Assembly (NCBI GenBank): GCA_976226885.1
Contig: OZ320315.1
Location: forward strand, 78,058,001 to 78,122,000
Source of the DNA: Iphione sp. A-MEVVRFRX5
Taxonomy: Eukaryota
Direction of reading: 5' to 3'
Length of the DNA stretch: 64,000 bases
This document shows, one piece after another, positions 1 to 15,000 of this stretch. A model generated the notes under the pieces. That model had not been told where the DNA came from. It saw only the letters and a program-made list of their open reading frames with translations, and searched no databases. A program made the translations under genes and the position numbers. The stretch's first letter is position 1. The number at the start of each line of letters is the position of its first letter.

Positions 1-2310
1 CTCGTCCGATAACCACCGCAACAAACCTTTCCTATCAACTGTCTGATCGATAACGGGCGCCACCGTCTTTTTTTATATCTATCTTCCTGCCGCTGCGGCT
101 GGTTGGTATATGCAGTCCTTGCTGACATCGATCTCTTTTTTTCCGTTTTCGAAGAACGCGCCCACCAGAATCCCACAGCTGCATGCCTCCCATCCCGGAA
201 CGCGGCGTCAAGGTGGCAGCAGGGGTTTATTAAAACTGACCGTAAGTGAAACATACGGAACCAATAACAATCGGGAATGGGAAGTAAGGAGTTGGGAGGG
301 AAGGAAAAATTGGTTACGTCTAGATCGGGTCCTTGCGCATGCACGATAGAAGTTAGGGTAACGATTACCGCCCCATCTGGCGAGCAGTAAAAAAACGCGG
401 CGTCTGTGGCGGCAGCTTTCCGGTGTTTGGTCCCGCGTCTGACGCTGAATATTCATGGAATGTGCCGCCCAGAAAGCCGATAACTTCAATGCACGTCACT
501 CGGGGGCAGCACGCGTCACTATTCATTCATCAAACCTGCATGAGAATGCTCCGCTTGTGTTTCAATTTTTATTAATTTTTTTTGTCACGTTAGAACCGAA
601 AGAAGTGCACTATGTCCTTTCTCCGTTTTTTTTTGCTGAGGAACTGGTATCAATGGAACACGTCGTCACTTCACTAAAAGATACTTCCAGTTGACTGGCC
701 AACATGCAAGTGCTCTGCAATCAAATAACCATTTGCTTCCTCTTGAACATATTTTCAAACTGAAAAAAAAATCACAATGGGCAAAGTTAGCTCCCTAAAA
801 AGACAACCAGTCTGTCATAAGGAGATGAAAGGGCGGGCGGCCGTCCAGCGGGACGGGAGAGGACTCCAATTCTGCACTTAATTTCGATTAACTATTGGAG
901 AACTTCATCCATACCAAAAAGCCATGTTTTGTCTGCAAGCATTTCCATAATTGACTGAAAACATTGAAATTTGGCCGGGCTGAATTGAACGTAATGCAAC
1001 GGGCACGAGAAGCCTGTAACGAATACGTAATGATCTCCCCGAGAACGCAGAGCGTACAGCCAGAGAGCTGAGAACTGCGCTTGCACATATGCATGTACGT
1101 AAACGACCGCAAGGGGTTTGGAAGTAAGCGGAACCACTGGGTGCTATACTGTAAACTGCCTAAGTCTCCTAATGCTTCTTAACCGAACCGCTAATGGGTC
1201 GACTCACATCCCTCAAACATCCGCGAGCATTTCTCTGGCTCGCCGACTTCCTTCTTCGGTCAGTGGCAACAAACAGGACCCCATCCCGGTCGGGGCCCTA
1301 AGGCAGCCCGGCCCGTCCCTACTCGGGGTCTCCTCGGGGCCCCCGAAAAGCGAGCGGTTACACCCCTCGCCAGCAATCCACGTGTTTGTTAGTCCAACAA
1401 ACCTTAAGCACACAATGTGGAGCTAAAAACATGGCCAAGTATGTTTGCAGTGTACACAGGAACACACCTCGGGCAGTTAAAACAGTGAACGCCTGCCCCG
1501 GGCCAAGTGTAAACAGGCCTGAAGAGACGATCAGCAGCCACCTGGCGGAGACACCGCTAACTAATGGTGCGTCTCCCAAGGTGAAGCTTTCAGCTGAGTT
1601 CTGTCAGTGATATCGTTACAAAAAAATGGATTAAAAAAGATACAAAAAGGTGCCTTTGGTAACGAGGGCTCCCGCATAAGAGACAACAGATGGTTACAAC
1701 TCTCAAGGATCGGGGCAGGGAATTTATGAGCGAGCCGCTCGGAGAAATACCTCATAGCGCTGGTAGACCTATGGGAGCAATGCCACGTTGAACAGCCGGG
1801 CCTGACTGGTGGCATGTGGTACTCATAGCGCACATAAAGATAGTTCAGCGTGAGTACCATCCATCAAACTCCGAGAAATTGGATATACATGTATGGTTTC
1901 CTACCCGATTCATAGTATGTGTAGACGAGCAAAAGTTACGAATTTGACACATGCTTAACACTTCTGCCATAGATCATATATCAGTGGCACTCTCTATGAT
2001 GCGTGTCTTTTCCTTCCTATGTGAAGTGCTCCCTCGTACGGCGTGAAAGCAAAGCGACAGGTGAACGGTCTGTACAGAGGAGAGAAACCGCTATTAAGGG
2101 AGGAGGGAGAGGGTATACCCGCGTGGTCAGGGCAGGCCTGGAATGCGGCGGGCCTGCTGCTGGGGTCCTGACTCCCTTCCCACCCGACCACTCCCTTACC
2201 AGCGACCGCCGCCCTTCCCGCTCGAAAGCCCGACCGACTGGCGGGGTCAGCGACCGTCGATTGATCGCCGTCAAACAGCCTCCCCTTCTCCCACCTCTGC
2301 AGACTCATTC

Positions 2311-3237
2311 TCAGTTAAGTCTGGCATTTGTAGGTACAGATATGCCAAAATTCAAAATCCTCTAACTGCCTTTAAATTTGATTTTCCAAAAGAAGAAGCT
2401 TTAGGCAACTTATTTCAGAAATATTAACACTCAGATCAGCAAAATCATTTTTCACTATATTTGCCATAGGTAGAAGTGTGTTCATGACGTAAATGACACA
2501 TGATGTAAATGACAAAATGCTTTCATTTGTCCTACCATTATCCCCCTAATTAATATTTTCTCAAAACCACAGGTTATTCTTTGGACATGAGTAGCATTTT
2601 AGCTGTCCTCTTCATCTCTGTTATAGGGGACAATTATTAACCAATGAGGTGGCCATGACGTAAATGACATCCTTAAATATACTGTCTAACATATAGACAG
2701 ACTGTTGTCAACTGTCCATTAATATGAAAGAACATATCAATGTACTTGTGCTATACAAGACCAGCCTCCAATAGCTGACTGACAGATATACTGCAAATGT
2801 TAGCCTTGTATATTTCATATGATTGAGCCATGCATTTGTGTATCATGACGTAAATGACATAAAAACTAAAGACATTAATCATTAGTACAAAAAAAATATT
2901 GAGTAACTACATTAATTTCATGTTTTATAATATTCTAATGACAGTAGTAGTATCTCTCTCTACAACATCCTTGAAGTCCATTAGAGAACATATTTGTCAA
3001 TATTCTAGCATCCAGAATATTAAAATAATTCCTAAAGACATGCTGAATTTGTTGTACTATGCATAATCAAAATGATATAACAGTAGATTAAGTAACCTTT
3101 CCCAAGTGAAATTATACATTAAAATAGAGAAAAAGATGTATGGAATGCCACTGGATTGTCTGTTTTGGTGAAAATAACTAATACAAGGATTTATATTTAA
3201 AACAACTTCTAAGACATCAAATGCCAGACTTAACTGA
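2311..3237. mobile_element. Putative non-autonomous DNA transposon (MITE-like), 927 bp
   Basis: Perfect 20-bp inverted repeat: tcagttaagtctggcatttg (2311-2330) and caaatgccagacttaactga (3218-3237). It brackets an AT-rich non-coding interior with four catgaYgtaaatgaca copies. No convincing TSD, so the superfamily is unassigned. Confidence 0.6.
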
Positions 3238-6200
3238 TAATGGATCTGCAATAACTTACCATTTCAGAGGGCCGCATTTGCTCTCTGTGCCGACGTCTGC
3301 TGTGATGGCCGTCTTGCACACTCTCCCTCACTGGATGCATGTGTCTTCCCTCGGCGGGACTCCAACTTGTTGAGGATATACGTGCTGATTCTAGTAGTTA
3401 ATCAGCATTGGCAATGTCCGAGAGTACACCTACACAAGTCCCATGTATGCGAATATCGGATGGAAAGCGAAGTGTTCTTATTGGTATAGTATATGGGTAG
3501 TGTCCATGAGATTTTCATGGGAAAACAATATAAAGGACAACTTAACTCTGCGACAATATGCTTCCGACAGCCCAGTCAAAGACAAAGATAACACACGTAG
3601 GTTCCAAATACATGTATTTTATCTTGGAGGTGGACACTCCGGAGAAGGAAATTTTCCCTTCGAAAGCCCGCAGGAGTAGCTGTGGGTGCAAGTTCCATTA
3701 CATCCACAAGCGCAGACTGCTGTTTTAACTCCAGTAATTCAGACAATTCAAGGACTTTCTTGTGTTAAAAAGCATGAGTAGAATGCTTGTGCTAACAGAC
3801 TAGGGGAAAGAGAGGTTGTTTTCCGTTGGTTGGCGATTCGTTTTTCAACCCTGCGTTCCAGTAACGTCAGGCGTCCCTTATGTCGCGTTGTACATTCCGA
3901 TAGTGTTACCTGTCCCCGCTAGGGCAGCGCAAAGCCTGCTCTTGTTAATTCGCCAATGTTAGTAAACGTGTCCTTTCTGGTGGGTTACATCGTGGTGATT
4001 ATTTTAGGTTCCACAAGAAGTTACTTGAAGCAGTGACATGAACTGATAATATCCATCAACTGTAATTGTCATTGTTAAGGTGCTGAACTTGATGTTATCA
4101 CTTGGTTTGGATGTTTCTTCGAAATGTATAGAGAAAGTCGAAAACTGTCATATCATTGACTGATCCTCCTGAGCAGACACTGCCTCTAAAGAACAGGCGC
4201 AGAGACCCCGCCAGAGAGACCAGCTATCAGGTGCAGTCCTGAGATTTGACAATCTACTTTCCTCTCTCTCACACATCCCTCATCAGCCAGCGGAAGATCC
4301 AATATAGGAATTGCTCGCTGCTGCTCCCGAACTGCTCCAGGGTGAAGGAATCACGCCCGAGCCCCTCGCAGCTGGCGCTCGCATGTAATGGAGTCGGCGA
4401 CCGTGAACTGAGAACGCCTGTATCTCCGCATTTTCCGGGCGAACGACTCGTGCGAGCCTATGAGCTGCTCACGTCCTCTGGCTCTGGAGGGCTCTGTTGC
4501 TAGGGGCCATCAGTCATGCACCATAACTAAGGTGGAGGTGCCCGCAGGGAGAAAAGGGCTGGAAAAATGAGGGGGAGGGGGAGGCTTGACCAGGTACTCC
4601 ACGGTTTTACTCTAGTGGGAGAGGTGGCCGCTACTCACGCCTTCCAAGCTTTCTCGCAATCTTGGTCATCGATTACATGGCGTCTGTCGCCGGTCTCCAT
4701 GTCATAATTGGATTAGGCTCAGAACTGGCTGCCCGTGTGCCCTATCTCCCTCTAATTCCACGGCCGTGTCATTTTCTTTCGACGTCCTGTTCAGAAAACA
4801 ACGGTCTGCATACAAAAGCATTGGCCTCTCGTGAAGACAATGCTCCACTGTTGGCACCAGGCCCCACAAAATGATGACAGTTAGTAGATCAATCGGTAGC
4901 AACCCTTGCTGACATGGACGAAAGGCGAGTTTACCTGGCCGTCTCCACAGTGTAGATCTAAGACGAAAAGCAGGATTCCCACATTGTCCTGACCCGACTC
5001 TCCCCGCCAGTAAATCCAACTGTTAGCCCCGCCGCTGACGGAACCACTGCAGCAGGAGGTCTGTGCTGTTGTCGGTCGCCTGCTGTGCTGGCGGTGGTCC
5101 CTTTCCTCCAGCACCTCCTCCAGTGTGCTATAAGGGAACCCGCCACCAGTGCGGGTGATAGGAGTGTGGGGCTCCCTCCTGCGGGTTGTGGATCAACCCA
5201 GGCCGGTGTTTGGGATGGAGGAGGAGGCGGTTCGGAGGTGGGGGGTTGCCGCCAGCACTCTGCCTGCCTGCCTGCTGATCGGGCGGCGGTATAACCCACG
5301 TTCAAAGTGGCAGCCAGCAGCCAATGGTAACACGGCGTCGGGTAACGCCGGGAGGGTACAGGGGGGAAAGGACGGACCTAGGGTTGGGCCCCTGCTATGG
5401 AGAGCGGCCACGATCTCACTTCTGGATCACAGAGCAGGTTGGTGGTGCTTGTCGGGTGCTCTCCAGGGTGCATTCTGTCCACTGCCGACAAACCGGTCAA
5501 CTGCCGACACCGATTGGTGGGCGTGACAAGGCAACAGACTGTCAGGCCCGATCTATATATGCACGCTATTGTTTACTTCCATCACCATGGTGGAGGTTAT
5601 ACATGTATATGATGGCATTCAAATATGTGTGCATTCCCAATGCGATCCGCATACATTCTGTGTGCATGCAAACCTTGAAAGAGAAAATAGCCCATGGCTG
5701 ATACAAGAAAGCATACGATACTAAAGAATCAAAGAAGTACATTGTACTTCTCTTCTAAATTCAATCTTTTTCGTGTGAATGGGAACCTCTTTCAGGCGAA
5801 AGAAATGAAAGGCTGTCGAATGAGGTTGGGAAAGTTTACAGAGTCAGGGTGATGCAGGAAGGAAGTCAGGAAGGCAAAGAGTGAGAGAAAAAGAGAGCAA
5901 ACCGATAGCCCACGTGAGATAATTTAAGTTTTTCAAGTGGAGGTTGGTATCGCACCGGTCGTAAGCACTAGATGCCCGGTCGGCGCTGGGCGTGCCTTCA
6001 CAGACCTGGCGGGCGGGAGCCGTTAGTGAAGTTAGGAGGGGGTGCCGGGATTACCTTACGGCGGCCCGTAAATCTGAGCAGGCCGCTCTGTTAATGTGGG
6101 ATAAGCGCCGTGTCTGGTTTATACAGTGGCCGAAGCCCGTGACATCCACCGGGCGTGCCACACATGCAACAGCGCCATCGTGCGAGCCGAGCTGCTGGTC

Positions 6201-7860
6201 AAGTAGTTGGTCGAGATCACAAAGTAGCGAATCTTCACCAAACAGCTTTCCTCTCTGGTTATACGTCCTTCGTACTCCTCACTCTTTAGGGGCAGAAGTA
6301 TCTACTGTATTCGGAATGAGGCCCTAACACGTTTGCAAACCATGCCGTGGCTGATGTCATTGGAGAGATGAATAATAAAACAGTGATATAGATTACTGTT
6401 CGCGAGATGAGCTGTAAATATTTCGCAGGGGATTGTGATAAATTCGTCTTTTTCCTAACTTTTCATTCTCATCCTTCTTTACTGGACTTTTCATACTTCG
6501 CTTTAAAGCATCTCGTTTCCTAGGTGACCTTGTACCTAGCGGGCCTTTCCCTCAGCAACCAATCATTGCAAAAACTGATGCCACACGTGACCAGACTTGG
6601 CCAATGAGGGTGCAGGAAGAATGAGCCTTTCCCTATTGATCCCATAGATGGCTTGATCTTGGCGTCTGCTGAAAGACCCCAGGGCTGAGTGAAAAAGAGG
6701 CTAGCGAGAGGTGAAGATGTTACGGCTGTTGCTAGTGCTGACCGTAGCGGCGGCAAGATCATCCATCAAGGAAGCATCAGGCGGCCATGCCTAAGAATGG
6801 CTTCAAGCCATCAATAGCAACGGCTTCTCTGACAAAGAACATTGATTATGTTCAGAGAACCTTTAGATATAAGGTCCACCTTATATTAAAGCGTCTCCTC
6901 TAGACTTGGAAAGAAAGGTCCTTGCACATTTTTCAAACATAACGCAGAAAGCGTTTTCCGGCAGAAACTGCCCTGCGTGCAGGTGCGCTGGTCTCGATCA
7001 CGTGGACAGTGCAGGTTCTGCTTTGCAACGTCTCACATGATGTGCATTGGAATTGGAAAAGTGACGTTTACGTTCCGAGGGCGGAGGCGGGGGCGGGGCT
7101 GTGCCAGACAGGGCGCGTGACTCGGCTGGAGTGGAGGCTGCCCGTGATGGGTGCTTGTGGCAGAAGGAGGAGGGGAAAAGGGGTTGGAAGGGAAGGTTGG
7201 AGAGATGGCTGTAGACTAGGAGAGGGGGGAGGACCTAAGAAACCAGTGTGGGCGCCACGTGGCGGCGACGGTGTGCGGCGTGCACGTGTTGACGTGCGGC
7301 TGACGGACGGGGCGGCCGGCTATTTTAGCAAGGACCGGGCGCCTTGGGGGTCACTGGCGCCTTGCAATGATGACGGATTGCCTGCATGACAGCGCCAACG
7401 TCTGTCGGCAACCAAACCTCACCAAACCTCACGCCAACACCAAAGCCAGCAGGCGCAGCGCTGGACGTCCGGCGCCAAGGAGGAGGAAAAAACGTTTAAA
7501 AAAACAGCAATGTCCTTTCACGAAAGGCTGACTTCTTTCAGCAGCACATTTGATCTCCCATAGTGCGTAATCAGTTACCGGCTAATCTCTTCCTTTGACA
7601 TATAAACCTCGCAGTTCTGAAACACAGAAATACATATAGGGTGAGCGCCAGACTGGAGAAGATGCTATATTTTTGTATTTATCATTCGTTCCTGAGACTC
7701 GTTTGTGATAAATTGCATCGCGCGTGGCTTGAAATTTTATCCAAACATGGCCGTCGTGCCGTGGCCAGGCGGGCACTGTTTGTTTTTCCATGAACTCACC
7801 TGTCGGTCTGAAGCACTCAATCACGCGCCCTGCACATCCGGCATACATCGACGGAGAGAC

Positions 7861-7914
7861 AGAAGAAGAAGAAGAAGAAGAAGAAGAAGAAGAAGAAGAA
7901 GAAGAAGAAGAAGA
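7861..7914. repeat. (AGA)18 microsatellite followed by a GA-rich tract
   Basis: Read directly from the sequence. Confidence 0.97.
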
Positions 7915-10900
7915 GAGGAGAGAGAGAGGGCGAGAGAGAAGAGTGCATGTATTGCGTGCGAGAGAGAGAAAGAGAAAGAGGAAGGAAAGACGCCATGAAG
8001 AGAGATGCAGGGAAACAGCATCAGAGAAAGACGGAAAGGATAGAAAGATAGAAAGGCGTAGGAAGTAAGAAAGTCATTGTGTAAAAACGTTGGAAAAAGT
8101 AACGAGCATACAAATAGAAGACAGCTAGACTGATGGTGTTTGGGTGTGCTTTCATATTGCTGGAAGTACGTATATACATGTATGTACATGTTTAGACAGA
8201 AGGAATTACAAGGAAAGATATTCCAAGTGACAGATATGCTGTGTCTAAGCTTAGAACATAAATATTTTCGTCGGAACCTGTATTTACATGTAACTTTTTA
8301 AAGTATCCTTACAGCGTTTGCAACATACCAAAGAAGTCTCATTGATTGATGGTCTGTATGTTTCCCTGACGTTCCAACATTTCCTCGGAACAGACCAGAG
8401 CCTGTGACTTTTTCTACCACGTTCCCATGTCCACCGCTGAAGGCCTGTGTCTTGCCAGTGGGTACCAGAACGTCCCCAGTACCAACAAACATGTGTCGCC
8501 CGAGATCACGACTCTATGCATATTGTGTTGTGGTTTGACCTGATACAACCTATAATCTGCAAAGGGACACACTATTTATCATGTGGCTTTTTTAACATAC
8601 ATGCTAAACCTTTCACCATGCGTCATTGCCCGGAATCTGACGTGTATGTTTGGCTGTTCAGTTGCATATTCATTCGATTTTTTTCCTTTGAAGAAGTGAA
8701 CATTGTTACTGGCAGAGATAGACAGTTGCAGCCTGACGATGTTTGCTAGCTAGACCTATAGCTGTAGGTTAAGATTGTGAGTACATGGACCTGACAGGGG
8801 TTTCAATCACTCGTCTTGTGGACGCGTCTGATAGTGATTACAGCGAGGATGCGGTGTAGATCAGTCAAGTGTTAATTCTACAGAACAAAGTTGATATCTG
8901 TAACGTCACCCAATCACGACCCTGACATACCACTCCCACAGCTGTTGGGGCCCATGGACAATCACAGTAAAACACAGACCAGACACCGGGAGCCCTGAAA
9001 CTTGATAGTTTACGATCCTTTTTTCATCTGCTCACTTCAGAAACATTTTTTTCTCGGCTGTAGTCACGTAGGAATGCTGATCTGACACGATCATGCGTGT
9101 GATATTTTGGAATTGACGGAACAATATATATTGCTTGTAACATGATAAAGACCTTTGCATGTGAAAGCATTTGAAACCGTATCTGTCACAGATGGAATAG
9201 GCTGACTAGCACAAAGGAACAAAATATGTACATACGATCTGTTAAAATTTGATTTTTGCACTATAACTGCATAATCAAGAAGAGAAAGATGCCGAAGAGA
9301 CATAATGGATTTTCTACATTGCTGTTTAGTGGCATATTTGACGGTCACTGACGGGGTTTCGGTGCTCAATTCAGTGGTTGCCTAGTCCACCCACACAAGG
9401 TGGTACTGACAGGTTGTGGAGGGTGAAGGGGACCGGGAAGAAAAGCCGGCAGGAGGCAAGGGGTTGGACTCTGCCTGGTCCCTAGTGCCTGATCCAGACG
9501 TGACGTTTGCCTGGAGGCCGAGACAGCAGATGGGACGAGGCGACCCGGTCGACTGCTGCAAATGTTGCTGGCCTACCCCTATCTTACCACCAGCTTCCTC
9601 CACCTCCTGCTCCTCCTCTTCATCCTCCTCCTCCTACTCCTTGCGCCCGCCCCCTCCCTGCTTTACACTCTGGTCCAACCCTCCACTCCTCCCTTGGATG
9701 GCGCCCGGATGGCTCTGAAGAATCAATCAACGGGTCGGCCAGTCGGTTAGCCCCCTAGGCCAACTTTCATCACACAAACAGCTGATGTTCGCAAGTTTGT
9801 ATCCCCCTCGCATACATCATACAACCCGGGCGAGTCCTTAGCGACTATTTCTTTGAATTCCTGCGAGTCACCAAGCTACTCATAAATAACATTTTCTTGC
9901 TCCCGTGTCTGTGTACCTGTCGGACAAAGACACTTCACTGTTAAAAATAAAACAAACTTTTCAACACAGGCCAGCTGTGTGCAAGTGAAAAGGTCTTAGG
10001 TATGATACAAGTATCCTGGTGGTGCTTTTTGCTCTGTTTTTTGTCGCCCTGTTGCTGAGCTGATGATTCTAATACATGCCATTACCATGATTACCGCCTC
10101 CGGAGATAATCTAGGCAACAAGACCCAGTTCGCCAGACTGCCTCTGATGTGTGATCAATAGGGATCGACTATACTTTTCGCACAATATGTCCCCTATGTA
10201 ATTGCCTCGGATCAGACACCCCTGGTAACTGCTGGGCAATCTGGCTCCCCCATGCCCCACCCGCCCACGACCGCGCGCACATATGATCTCTGCTCTCAGG
10301 TTGCGACCGGCAGTGAAAGGATTGCATCTATATGACAACGCTAGGGGGCAACCTTGGGTAACGGGTGATATAATCCAGCGTCCAGGAGGCGCCTATACGT
10401 ATGTAACGGCGTGCCACCTGGGGGCTGGGTGCTACATGGCACAGTGCTCCCTGGGAGTTGGGGGTGGTAGGGAAGGAGTTGTTATATACTGCTGCTGGCT
10501 GAGGCGCCATGCACTTGCCCGAACCAGGCTACAACCCATCTGAGGGCAATCAATAACGACCCCGGGTGGCCAATATTTGACACAGAATTAAACTGTCTTA
10601 CATACGTGATCTACATCCATACTATTCCCATGCACACGCAGGGCCGTGATTATCTGTAAGCTTTGGCGCAGCTTCGCGAATTCTCCTAAGTGTAACACTT
10701 TCTACTCACATTTATACTGCACATGAAACCACTCCGCTAATAGTACCCAGTGGACATAACGTGTTATTTACAGCGGATATTTGTCTGAGTAGCATCCCAT
10801 GCCAATATATTAACGGGGGATCATCTTTAATTCGGAGGCAATCATCTGAATGGTTTGATTAGCAGGCTAGGGAATGGGCCATTTTGATCTGCCCTTTGTG

Positions 10901-11943
10901 CGAGTTTCATAGGCAGATGGCCGAGCAAACAGTACAGGAATCCCTCAAGGTAAGGCGCAGTATCCCTTGATAGAATCCCATGATTGGCTGCTGGGAGCGA
11001 CTGCAGGACGGGACAGGGGACGAGCGTGACCAAGCAATTGGCCTAATGACATCGGGAAAACGGCTAAATATCATTATACATATCACGATATGGAGCTCAT
11101 TTTTGTACACACGTATTTTACACGTTGCATTTAATCACCTAGATATGGGTCCTCGATTTTCAAATCCCAAGATGAATCACAATCGCATCGCATTGTTAAT
11201 CTAATATTCATTTGAGAATAATGAACGGAATCTTGGCAGGAGACACTGTTTTCGTTACACTGACTGCATTGTGTCATCTTTAATAACCCCAGAGATCCTG
11301 TGATGATAACGAGATGACTGAATGCGTATTAATTTCCTCTAAAATCCACTCAGGACCGCGCCATTACCATCATGTGAATGGGCAAAGAGAAATCCACCTT
11401 GGTCCGACAGGCACTTTCAAACGCGGCAGGTCGCGCGCTTTCAGCGCACAACTTTTGATGTCAGCGCAGACCGTCGCGATACTTTTATCGGCGACAACAA
11501 ATGCTTAGTACAGAGCCACACGGGAGTTCTATGAAAGAACAATGTCCTTCAGAACAACCGCCCGGCCTCAGGGGCCTCACATTATTCGCTTGGCGCGTGA
11601 GCTATGCCCTGAGAGACGATACTAATTCCGTCCTTTGCCACCATTTCACGACTGGGCGAGTCCTCAATGGGGAGAGAATAGCGACGTGGACAAGTCGAAT
11701 TGGGGGACATCTGGCACTTACAGCCGCCCACCTTAATCCATGTTGGTCAGTGGTGACCCTGCATCAACTGATGGACTAAACGGAAAGTTCATAGTGGTAT
11801 GTCGCTTCGGTTCAGAACATAGCGACCGTCATGGTGTTGTACCCTCTAGATTCAGGGGCCTTTAAAAATCTGACAACACGTCCGTCCTGGTCTGACAAAA
11901 CCTAGCTGGATCAATGCGTGTTTACATACCTTCCTTTGGGTCG

Positions 11944-11975
11944 TCTATCTGTCTGTCTATCTGTTTGTCTACCTG

Positions 11976-12014
<39 letters not shown>
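11944..12014. repeat. (TCTG)n microsatellite, imperfect at its 5' end
   Basis: Read directly from the sequence. Confidence 0.95.
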
Positions 12015-15000
12015 CCCCTCGTGCAACTAGTGTGGCTTATAGTGCATATGTTTCTTTTCCTCTTGGCATCTACACGCACGCACTCACATATTGAAATAGA
12101 TGTGCGACTTACACGTATCAAAACAATTTACATACAATTCATCTCATTTTGTTTCCATGCGGCCGTCTTTAGGTCTGCTTTGTATCTCGTACGTACTCAG
12201 AGACATCCCCTGCTACCACCGGGTCTCCGACAGAAATGCCTCATAGTGTATCACGGTCTCTTGTCTTATGGCGGACCATATTCCCAGCGGCGATATGGCC
12301 TCAACAAAATGGAAACTTTTATTTCAGGTTCAGGACGGGGTCGGAATGGAGGGCCGTCGGCGAGAAATGCTTCTACGGACTCAGTGGAAGGAGGAGGGTC
12401 GAGTTATTCGGTGGGGTGGAGGTGGGGGTGGGGGTGATGGTGGTGGTGGTGGCATTCCCCTGCCGGTGTACCTCCAGGGTCAGACGGCCATAGGGTTAAA
12501 TGTGCACCCCGCAGACCGTCGGGCAGCACGATGCCTATGTGATCTGACAGCTATAGTCACACACCAACGATTGATCCCAGCAGCTGGCCACCAGGCCACA
12601 CTTGTAACGCAGGCCCCAGTCAAGTCATTACCTCACTGACCCCTACTATATACCCGCCGATCTGCACCTCTCACTCTAGACGCGGAGGGCCTGCTTCTTT
12701 CTACAGCGAGCGGCTGGTTCCCGCTCCACTTTGAAGTCTTTCCTGGCTTGTGCTTCGTTGCCTTTTTAAACCAGCATTCCGTGTCGGCCTGCCTTTACAA
12801 ACGTGTGGCACAAGCGGCATTACATTCCAGTGGCCGCACGCAATGGTCTTTATGTGCCCTTCAGGAAAGCATGCGAATGGGCGCGACATTTAGGCGTTTT
12901 CGCAAACTTTGAACTGACAAAAAGTAGGTTGAGGGAGATATTGTTGTAAACCTTTGGCACACATTTCTCGCCATTATGTCAGTAATGATCACCACATAGA
13001 ATAGTAAATGACTCTTCGTAACTTTGGAAGCTTCTTAAAACTTTCATTCCAACATGTCTCCAACTTCGCATTGTGAATAACACACACCTTTTATATGTAA
13101 AGAATCATTAGTGTTAAAATATTTGTCCAGGTAAATAGGGACATTTAATTGGGCAAACTACAACTCTTAAGTATTATTTTCGATAAATGATCTCACAATG
13201 TACATTCGATATTATACACACTACAGTCGCATAAATGCATGTACCTGGTGCGTCCGTGTGTAAGGGCTATACATGTGCGTATAACTTCGATTTGCCTCAT
13301 GTAATTTTTTTATCCTTGTGAATTCCTACATGTGTGGGAGGCATGCGTGGTGCGTGCGCAGTCTGTAAACCAATCATGACAACTATCAATTCGCCCATGC
13401 CTACGCGCGAGACATGGTCACATACGTACTACCCCACGCAGGTCCATATGGAAGGCATGCCCTATAATATTACACCTCCCCACCCATCCACCCCCCCCCC
13501 ACCCCCCCCCCCAAAAGTCGCAGAAATTGAAAGGGAGATATAGACATGAAGGTCACATTACCCAGTCAAAAGAATGTATATCTTCTAGGGGGGCAATATC
13601 TTTGTACAGACTTCTATGCTAGTTATTGGCGGGGGACCTCGAGTAACGTGGATGCACACTTCATTGATCAGTATTTTTGTATACGTCAGCGCAGTCACTA
13701 CAAATCAAAGTTTCTTTCCTACTGCAGAGCAGCGACCCTCGCTGGGCTAATAAGGAACCTTCTCTGACTCGTTGTGACCGGTGACTTCTTTATGAGCTCG
13801 TACGGATAACCTTCATTGTCGGGCGGTTTGACCCTGGGACTTTGAGGCCGCCCCATCAATGGATGAACTACAAAGGCCAAAACACGACAGGTGTAGGAGC
13901 TTACCGCCCCAATGGTGCTCTATTGTCTGCCTCAAGGCCCAGGTTTCCCCCCGTCGACCCCTTGTGAGCGGCTGCCGCTATGGTGGCGGTGACATCTCTT
14001 TCAGCGGCACGTCACCTGGTCAGGAACTGTTACCATGGCAACAAAAACATCGAAAGGCAACGTCACCTGCGCTTATGTCATTCATCAGTCTGCCAATTGG
14101 CGAGAATTCATTAAGGCGGAACTTTGTGTAGTGACGCCTAAATCTGTCGCAATGTCACCTTCAGCGGGGGTCAGCCAATGATGATAAGCCTGCTGCCAAT
14201 TTCCTCTCCTCAGTGAATAAAGCCCCAACTGGTTGATTCAAGTCCCAAGACGACATGCTTTGATATACCGGTCACGTTTTCTATTACTTTCCAACTAATG
14301 GGGAACCTGGTGGTATGTTAATGGAGTTCTGTGAATCAAATTTAAGATGTGAGCCAAAGTCACCCCTAAGAAGACTAAGAAATAATAGTGTCAGAATTGG
14401 AAGTACTCAACAAATTAACTGGTATGGTGCCGTGAGTGTTCCCCAAGAGGGATGGAAATAGCACGCCTTCAATGGAAATTTACCTTATCCATTTATTGAA
14501 ATTGCCTGAAGATGTTTTATCACGGAAAATACTTGATGATATATTTTTGTGTATGAACTAGGAAACAATCCCTTTTCCACTACATGTGCCTTGTACTTCG
14601 TTTTCGATCCAAGTCTCTTGCAAACTGAGGAGATTTAAACGAACCATTTACAGTCTGCCACTGTTGTCGATCTTCTTCCTAAGGTCTAAATTTTAATTCA
14701 AAGTTTCTCTGTGGAGAGACGTGGAAATTCGGAACACTAAGCCCCCGGGAATTCGAATTCCCGACACCCACGAACCTACTAGCCACATCCAACTGCTTAC
14801 TAAAGCGTTGTGGTTTACCCTTAAGCAAACCTCCAAGCAGGGGCCTCCGAGAGGCCATGACCTGCACCTGACCTTGGGCTTCGATTGGCAGCCTAATGAC
14901 GACCAATCATCGCTAACCAAACCTTTACACCTTGGGCTTCTCACTCCATCAGCGCCTCCTGACGCCCGTGTCCAGTCCGCGCACGTCTTAACAGGGCAGG

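Noticed and set aside
1508-1521. 14-mer tgtaaacaggcctg repeated at 56768-56781
   Set aside because: Several chance 14-mer pairs are expected in 64 kb.
7705-8189. ORFs with poly-R, poly-E or poly-L
   Set aside because: They are translations of the (AGA)n microsatellite.
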